DNA of 64,000 nucleotides from an uncultured Actinomycetes bacterium (GCA_963841735.1 CAWJDT010000001.1:640001-704000); one strand, 5' to 3'. Shown: positions 1 through 11,606, counted from the stretch's first letter. The notes: generated by a model not told the origin, from the letters alone. Made by a program: numbers and translations.

Positions 1-1197
1 TGCTCACCCAGGTGTTCGGCAGCGCCCAGCCCGCGCCCGACGACCTAGCCGACGCCGGCAAGATCGCCGCGGTCCGGGAGAAACTCAACGAGCTGCCGGC
101 ACCCAAGATCCAGTCAGCGGTTGCGCCAGGCACCGATGGCAGATGGCACCGGAAGCCGGGAAGACAGCCAGCGCAGCTTCCGGGTCATGGGACAGCGCTT
201 CATCCCCGACTCCTATGCCTTCCAGCAGCTGGTGTGGAACTACGTGGGCACCGAAGACAATCCCCGGGACTTGCCTATGGGACTCGACGCGATGACAGTG
301 CTCGGATCCGACCAGGCCTATCAGATAGAGACACAAGACTTTGGCCAAGACCAGTACGAGAACTGGCAGAGTCAAATCGAGAAGGTCAACCGGGAGTTCA
401 CCGAGCGCAGCCCCGACCTATGGCCAGTGAACCTCTACACCGGGTGGCTCGAGTCGCTGCAGTATGTGATGGCCTTCCCTGCCGAAGGCGCTCCTGACTT
501 CATGAAGTCGCGGGTCTGGGCGCGCAAGAGCCTGAACACGGCCCTGGGGAGCTGGACGGAGCTTCGGCACGACACCATCTTGTACGCCAAGCAGTCGGTG
601 ACGGCCGAAGGCGACGGGGGAGAGGAACCGGAATCGCCGGGATACGTGGAGCCCTACCCCGCCTTCTATGCCAAGGTCGCCGAGCTGGCGACCACTCTGC
701 GCGAGGGCTTGGTCGACTACGAGCTGATCGATCCGAACTCGGCCAACAAACTCGAGACCATGATCTACCTGGCCGACACCCTTGGCTCCATCGCCCAGAA
801 GGAGTTGGCCGGCGAGCCGCTCACCGCGGAGGAGATCACCGTCATCCAGGAGTACGGGAAGTATCTCGAGGACTTGGAGCAGTTCAGCACCTCTGAGCCA
901 GGCCAGACTCTCTCGCCCACGGCCGAGAAGAGCCCGCTCGCAGCCGACGTGCACTCCAACTACAACTCCATTCCGCCGGTCGCCCTCGAGGAGGCAACCG
1001 GCTACCCGCTGACCCTCTACGTCGCGTTTCGAGCTGGACGGCAGACTGCAGGTCTCGCCGGTGCCTCGTACGCGTACTACGAGTTCACGGTACCCGTCGC
1101 CGAACGCCTCACCGACGAGGCCTGGACCGCCCTGCTCGATTCGGGCCAAGCTCCGCCTCGGCCGGCCTGGACCGAGGAGTGGATCATGACCAGGTAG
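1..1197 (+). CDS. DUF3160 family protein, 5'-partial, one apparent frameshift near 120
   Basis: Motifs FRVMGQRFIPDSY, LGSWTELRHDTILYAKQS and GYVEPYP are typical of DUF3160; the upstream frame (..LPAPKIQS) continues into ORF 121..1197. Confidence 0.8.
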
Positions 1198-1258
1198 CGC
1201 CCGGAGCACGACCTCCCGGCGCCCGCGAGACGATCGGGGCGCCGGCGCACCTACCGGC

Positions 1259-3547
1259 CTACGAGCACTTGGAGTAGCCGCACGAGCGGCAGACCATGCA
1301 GCCGCCCTCGTGCTCGATGGCGCCGCCGCAGTCTGGGCACGCTCCCTGTGCGTGGGCTATGGGCATCTCCAGTTGCCCCACAGCCTTGCCACTACCGTTG
1401 CTTGCCAAGTGATACTTGTCGGCCAGAGCCTTGCCGATGGCGTCCGGGCACGAAAGGATCTGATTGGGCCCGAAGCCCAGCGGCACGTGACAGCGGATGC
1501 CCCGTAGTCTGCTTGACGATCTTGTCCGGAGGAACTCCGTAGCGGAAGGCCAGGGAGATAAGACGCCCGATGGCCTCAGTCGAGGCCGAGGCGCAGCCGC
1601 CGGCCTTGCCCATGTTGGCAAAGATCTCCCGGGGCCCGAAGTCGTCCTCGTTGACGGTGACGTACAGACTGCCGCAACCGGTGACCTTCTCTCGGGTCTC
1701 GCCACGCAGCACAGGGGACCGGCTGGGCCGCACCGGCATGGTGGCGGCGCCCTGCGCGATCAAGCTCCAATTGGCTCCCGCCGTTGTCCCCGGCGACCTT
1801 GCGCTTGACCTCACCGATGTTGAGCACCTGATCCTGGCGGGACCCGTCGCGATAGATGGTCACCCCCTTGACTCCCAACTCGTAGGCGAGCAGGTACACC
1901 CGCTCGACATCTTCGGGCCGGGCCTCCTTGGGGAAGTTGACCGTCTTGGAAACGGCGTTGTCCACGTGGTCCTGGAAGGCAGCCTGCATGCGAATGTGCC
2001 ATTCGGGAGACACGTCATGCGCGGTGACGAAGGCCTTCTTGAGGTCATCGGGTACGTCCATGATCGTGGAGCCCGCCGACCGCGGCGATGCTCTTCATCA
2101 GGTCTTCGGAGTAGAGTTCCGCGCTCCTTCAGCACACGCTCCAGCGCCGGGTGCGCCTCGGGCAACTCGGTGTTGTCCATGACGTTGCGGATGTAGGCGA
2201 GGGCGAAGATGGGTTCCACCCCGCTCGAGCAGCCGGCGATGATGGAGATGGTGCCGGTGGGAGCGATGGTGGTGAGGGTGGCGTTGCGCACCCGCCTTCC
2301 CTTGGCCTTCCAGACGCTGTCTTCCCAGTTGGGGAATACGCCCCGGTCGAGGGCCAGCTCTTCGGAAGCTTTGATGGCCTCCTCGTGGACGAAGCCCATG
2401 ACTTCGTGCGCCAGCCGGATGGCCTCGTCGGAGTCGTAGCCTATGCCCAGTTCGACCAGCAGATCCGCCCAGCCCATGACCCCCAGGCCGATCTTGCGGT
2501 TGCTCTTGGTCATCTCGCCTATCTGGGGCAGGGGATAGCGGTTCATGTCGATGACGTTGTCCAGGAAGTGGACGGCCGTCCGGGTCACCCGGCGCAGGCG
2601 CTCCCAGTCCACGTCGCCGTCCTTGACCATGATGGCCAGATTGATCGAACCGAGGTTGCAGCTCTCGTAGGGCAAGAGTGGCTGCTCACCACAAGGATTT
2701 GTGGACTCGATCTCGCCCAGGCCCGGCGTAGGATTGTCGCGGTTCAGCCGGTCGAGGAACACGATGCCCGGTTCGCCGTTCTTCCAGGCCAGATTGACGA
2801 TGAGGTCGAATATCTCGCGGGCGTTCAGGCGGCCCACTTCTCTGCGGTCGCGCGGGTTGCGCAGGGCGTAGTCGTCGCCCGTCAGCACCGCGGCCATGAA
2901 CTCCTCGGTGACCCCCACCGAGATGTTGAAGTTGTTGAGGATGTGCTCGTCCTCTTTGGCCCGGATGAACTCCACGATGTCGGGATGGTCCACCCGCAGG
3001 ATGCCCATGTTGGCGCCGCGCCGGGTGCCGCCCTGCTTGATGGTCTCGGTGGCCATGTCGAACACCCGCATGAACGAGACCGGCCCGCTGGCCACACCCA
3101 TGGTGGACTTGACCAGGTCGTTCTTGGGCCGCAGGCGGCTGAAGCTGAAGCCCGTGCCGCCCCCCGACTGGTGCACCAGAGCCGCGTCCCGGATGGCGCC
3201 GAAGATCGACTCCATGCTGTCTTCCACCGGCAGCACGAAGCAGGCGGAGAGTTGCTGCAGTTCCCGGCCCGCGTTCATGAGCGTGGGGGTGTTGGGCAGG
3301 AACTCCAAGGCCGGCCATCACCGCGTAGAACTCGGCGATCACGGCGTCCAGAGGGCTGCTCGGGATGGTAGAGGCGATCGGCCTGCGCGATGTTCTCGGC
3401 CACTCGAGCCAACATGTCGGCCGGCGTCTCCAGGGGCTTTCCGTCCGCCGTACGCTTGAGGTAGCGCTTCTCGAGGACCTTCACTGCGCTGGGGGAGAGC
3501 CTCTTCTCCAGTTCGGCCGACAAGGCCCTTAGCTCGGCGACGGTCAT
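1259..3547 (-). CDS. nrdJ: Class II (adenosylcobalamin-dependent) ribonucleotide reductase with C-terminal TSCPD and Zn-ribbon; split by several indels
   Basis: [72 protein letters not shown] and [20 protein letters not shown] are spread over ORFs 3275..3547, 1860..3308, 1576..2061, 1392..1814 and 1259..1705. Confidence 0.93.
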
Positions 3548-4005
3548 CTGATCCCCTCTTTCGCAAGCTGCTCCAGTTCTTCCTTGAACTCCTCGATACT
3601 CTCGAACTGTCGGTAGACCGACGCAAAACGGATGTAGGCCACGAGATCGACCTCCTGCAGCCGCTCCAAGGCCATCTCACCCACCCGCTCGGACGAGACT
3701 TGGTAGGCCGACTCTTCCCTCAGCTCCCGCTCGATGTCGGCCACGATCTCCTGCAGCCGCTCGACCGGGACGTTCCTCTTGGTGCACGCCCGCGTGAGAC
3801 CCCGCAGCAGCTTCTCCGGGTGGAACAGCTCAGTGTTGCCGTCGCGCTTGACCACCGTGATGGGGATCTCCTCGATCTTCTCGTAGGTGGTGAAGCGCTG
3901 CCCGCACGCGATGCACTCTCGCCGGCGCCGGATGGTCTCTTTGCCCTCCGTCTCGCGAGATTCGACCACTCTGCTCTCGGGAAGGCCGCAGTAGGGACAG
4001 TTCAC
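3544..4005 (-). CDS. nrdR: Transcriptional repressor NrdR
   Basis: CPYCG..SRVVESR..IRRRRECIACGQRFTTYE Zn ribbon plus ATP cone (VAYIRFASVYRQF); GTG start at 4005 after GGGAGG; stop overlaps the nrdJ start. Confidence 0.96.
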   Translation of the reverse strand: MNCPYCGLPESRVVESRETEGKETIRRRRECIACGQRFTTYEKIEEIPITVVKRDGNTELFHPEKLLRGLTRACTKRNVPVERLQEIVADIERELREESAYQVSSERVGEMALERLQEVDLVAYIRFASVYRQFESIEEFKEELEQLAKEGIR

Positions 4006-4101
4006 GGCGTCCTCCCTTTGCTCCGATAGAGTGAGTCGATTGCTACCACCAGCGTACACACACTAGTACCCCCCCGATATGACCGGACATCCCCGGCAGC
4101 A

Positions 4102-4148
4102 CCACTACATATGGGGTCTCCACGATGCTAGCACCCCATATATCGGCT
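4102..4148. promoter_or_regulatory. Tandem NrdR boxes
   Basis: CCACTACATATGGGGT (4102-4117) and ACCCCATATATCGGCT (4133-4148) fit acaCwAtATaTwGtgt, 31 bp apart, upstream of nrdR-nrdJ. Confidence 0.82.
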
Positions 4149-4153
4149 GTCAA
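4125..4153 (-). promoter_or_regulatory. Sigma70-type promoter of nrdR-nrdJ
   Basis: Minus strand TTGACA (4153-4148), N17, TAGCAT (4130-4125). Confidence 0.7.
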
Positions 4154-4309
4154 AGCCTTTGACGCGCGTGTTTTTCCCGCAAATACCGGGTCGGCAAATA
4201 GCGTTGGTACGCCTGCAGCGGCTGGCCGCCCTCGGGCGACTCGCCCGCCGTTCGTCGGCCCGGCGCGACCGGGCTGGACTAGTGACGGCCCCTTGAGGAT
4301 AATCCAGGC

Positions 4310-5085
4310 GTGGACCAGCTTCTGCTCATCGTGGAAGACGACCCCTCTCTGCGCGAGGTCATCCGGCTGGGCCTCGAGGGAGAGGGCTTCCGCGTGGCGG
4401 CGGCCGAGGACGGCCCGTCCGCTCTCATTGCCTTCGCCTCTCAGAGTCCGGATCTGGTGCTGCTCGATGTCATGCTGCCCGGGCTGGACGGATTCGCCGT
4501 GTGCCGCGAACTGCGGAAGGTCTCTCTGGTGCCCATCGTCATGCTGACGGCCCGCACGTCGACCGCGGACGTGGTGGGCGGCCTCGAGGCAGGCGCCGAC
4601 GACTACGTGACCAAACCCTTCGAGTTCCCCGAACTCGCTCGCCCGCGTCCGTTCGGCGTTGCGCCGGGCGTCGGTAAGGAGCTCTCCGGCGGTCGGCAGA
4701 CATGGCCGGACAACCCTCCGCTGAGCGACACCCGGCCGACGGCTGTGGACGCCCAGGGAACCGCTCCGGCGCCTCCTCGCCGTTGACGCTGGGCGGGCTC
4801 GTCATCGACCCCGGCGGGTTCACCGTCCGCCGAGGTCCGGAAGAGATCCTGCTCACGGTGACCGAGTTCCGCCTTCTCTACGAGCTGGCCCGTCACGCCG
4901 GCCAGGTGCTCACCCGTGATCAACTGCTCGAACTGGTGTGGGGCTACACCTATCTCGGCGACAGCCGCCTGGTCGACGTGCATGTGCAGCGCCTACGGGC
5001 AAAGATCGAGGAAGACCCCGCCCACCCGCTCCTCGTGCTCACCGTTCGGGGTGTGGGCTACCGGGCCGCCCGGCTCGGCTCGTGA
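4310..5085 (+). CDS. OmpR/PhoB-family response regulator (MtrA-like), frameshifted in the linker
   Basis: Receiver domain (LLIVEDD, LLDVMLPG, ADDYVTKPF) in 4310..4786; wHTH (LTVTEFRLL, SRLVDVHVQRLRAKIE, TVRGVGY) in 4702..5085. Confidence 0.9.
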
Positions 5086-5095
5086 GATCCGGCCG

Positions 5096-6614
5096 TGATG
5101 GCGAGCACGGAGTCTCTCAAGGCGCGCGTTGATCAACGCCCGGCAGGCACCTCTCAGGCACCCGGCACTCGCTGCTGCGACGGGTCGCGCTGATCTTCAT
5201 GGCCGCCGTGGTGCTCACCGCCCTTGTCTTGGCGCTGGCCGCCTACTTCATCACCAAGCACGACCAGGACGAACGGGCCCTGGCCGATGCCTTACAACAA
5301 TCGCGCCAGAACCTCACCGTCGCCGACGCCATGCTACCGGCCGAACCCGGCCCGGCCGACTACGAGGAGTTGATGGCGGCTTTCGCGATACGCGGAGACT
5401 TCGACACGCTGGTGGAAGTCGGGTCGGAGACCTACGTCTCGGGGCCCAACGTCACCAAAGCGCCCATCACAGCCGAGCTGGCCGCAGAAGGTGGCCGAAG
5501 GCAACATCCGCTATCAGACCGTCGACGTCTCGGGCGATACCCACCATCGTGGTGGGGGCGCAGCTGCGCTCCGGGGCGCTCGACCATCTACTTCTTCTTC
5601 CCGCAGGACCAGCGCTTGGCGAGCCTGGCGCAGCTGCGCAACATCCTCATCGTCGGAGGGATGCTCTTGGCGCTACTGGGCGCGATCGTCGGGATACCTG
5701 GTGGCCCGGCGCCTGCTCCGCCCCGTGCGGCGGCCAGCCGGGCGGCGGTGCAGATGTCCCACGGAGACTTGGATATCCGACTCCCGACCGGGTCCGATGA
5801 ATTCGGGGTTCTGGCCGCCTCGTTCAACAGCATGGCCGAGAACCTGCAGGCCAAGATGCTCGACCTCGAAGCGGGCCAGGCCCGTGAGCGCCGTTTCGTG
5901 GCCGACGTCACCCACGAACTCCGCACGCCTGTCTCAGCCTTGGTGGGCGAGGCCTCTCTGCTCAAGTCAAGGCTCGAGACCGACCCCTCAGCCTGCCCAC
6001 CCGAGGTCAGGCGCCTGGGCATCATGGTCGAGAGGGACATAACCCGGCTGCGTCAACTCGTCGACGACCTGCTGGAGATCAGCCGGTTGGACGCCCGTGC
6101 CGCCGAGACGGTGATCGAGGCGGTGGACCTGGGACCGTTCCTCAACCAGTTGGTGCTGGCCCACGGCTGGTCTGAAGACCGTGCGGGTGATCGCCGGGGG
6201 CCAGGCCGACTCGTGCGATGGACCTGCACCGCGGCCGGAAGCCCGCTGGCGAACGTGCAGACAAGCGCCGGGTCGAGCGCATCGTGGTCAATCTGGTCGA
6301 GAACGCACTGCTTCATGGAGCCGCCCCGGTGACCATCCAAGCCGGAGCACGGTGCGAATGGAGCAACCGGCGACGACCGGCTCGTAGAGATCACCGTCGC
6401 CGACAGCGGTCCGGGCATTCCTGCCGCGCACCTTCCCTATCTCTTCGACCGCTTCTACAAGGCCGACCCCAGCCGCGCGTCCGGGCGAGGGAGCGGCCTG
6501 GGTCTCGCCATCGCCCGCGGGAACGCCCGCCTCATGGGAGGAGATGTCAACGCCGCCAACGTGCCCGGCGGAGGCGCGCTCTTCCTGGTCACCCTCCCCG
6601 CCGCCGACCTGTAA
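5096..6614 (+). CDS. HAMP-domain sensor histidine kinase (MtrB-like), several indels; start approximate
   Basis: Two TM segments, HAMP (DEFGVLAASFNSMA), H-box VTHELRTP, N-box NLVENAL, DSGPGI, FDRFYKAD, GSGLGLAI; TAA at 6612-6614. Confidence 0.88.
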
Positions 6615-6722
6615 CACGAATCGTTACCTGACCGCCGCAGGCCCGTGATGAGCGCGGTCGAAGATGACACCACGTGCAAAAGCCGGCTCGTCTCGAGCCC
6701 GGGTTCGAAGGAGGCGGGAACT

Positions 6723-7708
6723 ATGAGCAACATCCTAGGCAAGCGATCCAAGCGAACGACGGTACTTGTGCTTACAATCGTGCTGCTTGTGCTTGCGGCT
6801 TTGGTCTCGGTCGCCTGCGGGGTGGCCGGCAAGGTAGGAGACGGGGGCACCGTCAGTACCGCGGACAGCCCGGTGACCACGATGAGCCCCGGTGAGTCCG
6901 CCACGACAACCACCAACGACCACCGACACCACCGCCCCGACTGGCTCCACGGCCGTCACAGTCACCACCGAGAGCGCCTCGGGCAACGACACCATGACGG
7001 TTAGGGTCTACTTCACCCGTGACGAGAAGATCTGCGCGGCCACCCGGGTCGTCACCAAGACTCAGTCTGTAGGCGCCGCGGCAATGAAAGCCCTCCTCGA
7101 AGGTCCGACCGCCTCCGAGAAGGCGGACGGCGTGTTAAGCACCATCCCGGCAGGCACTACCTTCCTCGGCCTGGACGTCAAGGACGGCATCGCGACCGTC
7201 GACCTGTCCAAGGAGTATCGAGTCGGGCGGAGGCACGCTGTCCATGCAATGCGGATGGCCGAGGTGGTCTTCACCCTTACCCAGTTCCCCACCGTGCACG
7301 GCGTGAACTTCAAGCTCGATGGCGAGCCGATCGACGTACATCAGCGAAGGCGAGGGCATCATCGTCGACCATCCTATGGACCGCGAGGACTACGAAGACA
7401 TGTCTCCGGCCATCTTGGTCGAATCGCCGACGCTGGGCGGGACGGTGACGAGCCCCATGCGGATCACCGGCACCGCCAACGTCTTCGAAGCGGTGTTCCG
7501 GATCAACATCGTCAACTGGGACGGGCTCATCATCGCAGACAAAGTGGTCATGGCCAGTTCCGGCACCGGAACCCGCGGGACATTCGATGTGACCATACCC
7601 TTCACGGTCGACAAGGCCGGCCTCGGCGGCCTCATCGTCTTCGCCGAATCGCCGAAGGATGGCTCTCAGATCAACGTGATCGAGATCCCGCTGCAACTCA
7701 AGAAGTAG
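6723..7708 (+). CDS. Lipoprotein with GerMN and Gmad2 (Ig-like) domains, frameshifted
   Basis: Lipobox VSVAC; Thr-rich linker; VRVYF..ALLEGPT..ATVDLS..VFTLTQFPTV (GerMN); ILVESP..ITGTANVFEA..ESPKDGS (Gmad2). Confidence 0.8.
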
Positions 7709-7736
7709 ACGTCCCGGCCAACCCCCTATCCGGGCA

Positions 7737-7787
7737 TGAGCCGCCCTCCGCGCAACAGGCCCGCGCCGGCCTGCGGGGGGCGGCTCA
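7737..7787. terminator. GC-rich hairpin between convergent genes
   Basis: TGAGCCGCCCTCCGC ... GCGGGGGGCGGCTCA inverted repeat; no U-tract. Confidence 0.55.
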
Positions 7788-7789
7788 GT

Positions 7790-10728
7790 CTATCTACGCC
7801 GGCGCGTCGCCGCGGACCCCGCGGCGACGGCCCGCTGGTGACTCTGAAACACCAGCGTGGCCTGTAGCCTGTTGGCCACCCCAAGCTTGCGGAAGATGTG
7901 GTTGGCGTGCGTCTTTACCGTCTTTTCGGAGATGATACAGCCGGGCTCCGATCACCTTGTTGGGCATTCCCACGGCGATGGCCTTGAGAATCTCCTTCTC
8001 TCTATCTGTGAGCGACGCCATCAACGCCCCCGCCCCCTCTTGGGAGCCCAGCACCAACCGTTCATCCGCCGACATGCCCGGCCTCTCGCGCTTTCAGTCC
8101 CTGCCTACGCGGAGGCCCAAGGGATACGTCGGTGGGATAGGTGTTGCCGTCCGTGAGCGAGGAGAAGTAGTCTTGTAGACTCCGGGGCAGCAGAGGGACG
8201 ATCCTGCTCCGCACGAAGGAACCGGTCCCGAAACGGTCACACAAGGCCAGGATGGGCACCGTGACCTTCGCTTCTTGGCTGAAGAAGTGGATGTGTTCGT
8301 GCTCTTCGGCGATGCGCATCGCCTCCCCCAAGCACGAGGCAGCCTCACGTTCGCGCTCGCCACAGGCATGCAGCCACCCAAGGTAGAAGAGCGCAGGAGC
8401 CAGAGGGCTCTTGAGCCCCAACTGGCGACACAGGCGCACAGACTCCTCCAGTGTGGCGAGTGCCTCCTCGTCTCTTCCCAAGAGAACTAGATCCATACCT
8501 ACAGCAGCAACCGCGCGAACCCGCTCAAACACAGCCAGCCTGCTACGACTGGCCAGGTCAAGAGCATTACGGTGATGATCCAGCGCGCGCGCCGGGTTGC
8601 GATTGCACCGGCAGAGGTCTCCAAACATCTCCTCTGCGCGGAAGGCCTGCTCCACATCCCCCACTTCCGCGGCCAACGACTGGGCCTCCCTGAGCTTCGC
8701 GACTGCCCCTCGGTAGTCCCATCGACCCAGGACCACAGCCGCTTGGCACAACAGGCCGGGTACGCGCATGAACTCGTATTGGTGCGTGTGTACCAAGCGC
8801 CTACACTGCACCGCGAGACGCTCGGCCAGATCGTACTCGCCGGTCAGATAGGCGAGGACTCCGGCGCCATCAAGAGCCATGGCTCGGGCGGGCGTCACCG
8901 GGCCCGCTCCCAGCGCCATGGCTTTGTCGATCCACGACCTCGCCAACCGGTAGTGACCTAGCGAAAGGAACAGCCGAGCCCGGCCTATGAAGACCCGCCG
9001 CGACAGCGCCGTCCGGCGCGGCGCCGGCGCGAGAATAAGAGCCCTCTCCCATTTCTCCACCGCCTCGTCCCACCGACAGAGGCTCACGAGTACGCTACCT
9101 TCAGCCACCAGCACCTCTGCCTTCTCTGCCGCGCCACGAGCAACCGACCCACAGCGCCCGAGAACCGCGAGACTCTCCTCCCAAAGACCTTGGATGAAGA
9201 CGCAGAAAGCCAGGCGCAGCAAGACTGGGAGCAGTCCCTCCTTGTCACCTGAGGCCGCGAGAAGACGGGCCGCCTCCCCGTACAGCGAAGCTGCAGCCGC
9301 ATAGTCGCTCTGCTGCTGCAGAGCGCGGGCCTTGGCCACCAGTAGCCAAGGTTGGCAGATATCAGCACCGGACGACCGATCAGGCATGAGTTCGGCCCAT
9401 TCGTCCCGGGTGAAACCAAGCGTGGCGTCCAGCGAAGATAGGGCCAGCGAGCGGAGCGGCCGGCAGGCATCGGCGAAGCGCCCGGCCCGCAGGTACAGAT
9501 AGGCCGCATGGTAGTGCTCGCCTAGGTTCTCCAAGTGCGCCGCTACCCTGCCGAGCAACCCTAGCCCGTCTGCGGTGGCTCGGGCCTGCCGCTCGGCCAA
9601 TCCACGCACGAGAGGATGCACAGTGTAGCTGCGTTGGCCGACCCGGGTCACCAGAAAGCCCCTGGACACGAAATCATCCAGAATCATCTCGGTGCAGCCC
9701 GGTTGTCCGGCGAAGAGGACTTCGTCCCGAGGAAAGATGACCCGAGGCAAGAGACCGGCCATGAGCATGGTCCGAGCGGCTGACGGCTCAAGTCCGCCCA
9801 GGATGTCCTGCTCGAGATAGACCCGCAGGTCCCGCCCCTGGGCGATCAGTTCGACGATGTCCTTGCCGGCCACGGCCGGCTCACTGGACAGCAGGCGCTG
9901 CCCCAGCAGCACCAAAGCAGCGGGCCAGCCCTGGGTTAGGCGCCAAAGGGCGCGCGCTTCTACCGGCTGCAGGGTCACGGCCCAGTTCTTTGCCGCCCAA
10001 GCGGCGACTTCTTTGGGAGTCAGCCTCAGCTGCCGGCTGCACACCCGTACCAGCCGTCCCCCCATAGCCACACGGTCAAGCTCCAGCGGCAGTTGATGAC
10101 GCGACGACACGAGCACAGTCCAACCCGGCGGGAGCCCGCGCAATATCAGCCCCAGTATCGTCACAATCGGCGGCGAAGCCTCGACCAAATGGAAGTCATC
10201 GATGGCAAGCAGAGTCTGCTCGCCCGCCTTCTCTCGTATAAAGTCCACAAGTCTCGCCGCCAGATCGAGCACCGCCCCGTCCCGCTCACCGGAAGCCGAC
10301 CAGTCCAAGCCCGGGAGCGACGCCGCGTTGTCCGGTTCCATACCGAGCGCAACGGCCAGATAGCTCAAGAAGCGATTGGGATCACGATCTCCCTCGTCAA
10401 GCGAGAAGTACACGGTGCGACCACCGACGGTCGAGAGAAGATCCACGATGAAGGCTGTCTTACCGTAGCCTGGCCCCGCGACCAAGCAGATGGCCCCGCC
10501 GGCCCGGACCGGCCCTACGAGCGCATGCAGCCGCGGACGACTGAGGACGAAGCCCATGTGAGGCAGACTCAGCTTCGCCGTCAGCACCCTGGCCCGTTGC
10601 TCATTGACTTCGGACGTTTCCATTTCCGGTGCTTCCCGCAGACGCCGGGGCAAGTTACGTCCGGTGGCCACAATGCCCCCGGAAGAAACAATCGTATCAG
10701 TGAGAACCTGAGTGTCAATGTTGTTCAT
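7790..10728 (-). CDS. MalT-like (STAND ATPase-TPR-LuxR HTH) transcriptional regulator; two indels near the 3' end
   Basis: LTAKL..SRPRL, Walker A AGPGYGKT, LAIDDFH, TQGWPAAL, HPLVR, TPR-like helices; LuxR HTH LTDREKEIL..PNKVI and ISEKTVKTHANHIFRKLGVANR in shifted frames. Confidence 0.85.
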
Positions 10729-10773
10729 ACACTCCCCCCATCGGTGAATCTCGTCGGGGCACTGCTTTCCCAC

Positions 10774-10835
10774 GCCCTTGCCCGCGACGGACCCTGCCCC
10801 GAACGATGCCGGCGGGTCCGTCGCAGGGACGGGCG
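10774..10835 (-). terminator. Hairpin downstream of the ssb-like gene
   Basis: GCGACGGACCC ... GGGTCCGTCGC inverted repeat. Confidence 0.45.
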
Positions 10836-11123
10836 CTAAAGGTACTCGAGGCGTTTGGCCACTACAGAGACCGCCTTGCGCTCCTCACCGTCTTTCTCGT
10901 AGACGTCCTGCCGCAGCGAGCCTTCCACCGCAATACGACGCCCCTTGCCCAAGTGGTCTCCAGCGGCTTCGGCCTGCGAGTTCCAGGCTTTTATCCTGAA
11001 GAAGTCCGCCTCTTCGGCGTTCCTGTCGACGGCCAGGATGAAACTACTCACCTTAGAGCCGCCATTCACCTCCTTGACATCCACATCTGTGGCCAGACGG
11101 CCTATCAAGTGCACACTGTTCAT
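10836..11123 (-). CDS. ssb: Single-stranded DNA-binding protein, short (95 aa, OB fold only)
   Basis: MNSVHLIGRL..FILAVDR..ADFFRIKAW..LGKGRRIAVEGSL; ATG after AGGAGG; no acidic tail. Confidence 0.88.
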   Translation of the reverse strand: MNSVHLIGRLATDVDVKEVNGGSKVSSFILAVDRNAEEADFFRIKAWNSQAEAAGDHLGKGRRIAVEGSLRQDVYEKDGEERKAVSVVAKRLEYL

Positions 11124-11241
11124 GTGGTCCTCCTCCTTGCTCGCTTTCGTCGCGCCCCTTTCCCCGACTACCAGCGGCCGGGGATTGCAGAGTAGCGACC
11201 TGCAGCTGAGGGATGAATACAACCAAAGGTGGAACCTCCCC

Positions 11242-11269
11242 TAAACTCAGATCCCTCCCTGGTCGATAT
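11242..11269 (+). promoter_or_regulatory. Possible sigma28 (FliA/WhiG)-type promoter
   Basis: TAAA (11242-11245), N16, GTCGATAT (11262-11269) versus TAAA-N15/16-GCCGATAW. Confidence 0.35.
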
Positions 11270-11606
11270 GTCTGATATGGGACAGGACCTAGACAGAAAT
11301 GACTCTCGCGCAACGGCGGCCAATATCTTCTGCCGCTCGTGTGGCTCGCCGTTGGCCCAGGCCGCCGACTGGGATCAGGGCCAAGACTCGGTTTGGGAGG
11401 TCAGGCTTTGGTGCCCGGAATGTGGGTTCGAACAGGCGGCCGCTCTCGACCGTTCTCAGTTGCTCTACCTGTCGCTGGCCATCGAGGAGGGCTTCAACTG
11501 GATGCTCCAAGCGCTGGCCGAACTCACGGCCGTAGCCGCTGCCCCAGCGAACTTCGATTTCGCCCGCAAGGCTCAGACCGAGCGGATCCGCCCAGCAGGC
11601 CACTGA
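11268..11606 (+). CDS. Hypothetical Zn-ribbon protein; start uncertain
   Basis: CRSCGS...WCPECG double CxxC followed by a helical C-terminus. Confidence 0.65.
   Translation: MSDMGQDLDRNDSRATAANIFCRSCGSPLAQAADWDQGQDSVWEVRLWCPECGFEQAAALDRSQLLYLSLAIEEGFNWMLQALAELTAVAAAPANFDFARKAQTERIRPAGH

Noticed and set aside
2151-3371. Long antisense or alternate-frame ORFs (also 19087..20718, 20439..21719, 49782..50528)
   Set aside because: Shadow ORFs of GC-rich coding regions with no recognisable motifs.
1259-3547. Split nrdJ as programmed frameshifting, an intein/intron or a true NrdJa/NrdJb split
   Set aside because: Breaks are numerous, fall inside conserved motifs, show no slippery sites or inserted sequence, and match the indel pattern of neighbouring genes.
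4264-4277. 14-bp match CGCGACCGGGCTGG with 17382-17395
   Set aside because: Short GC-rich matches are expected by chance in 64 kb.
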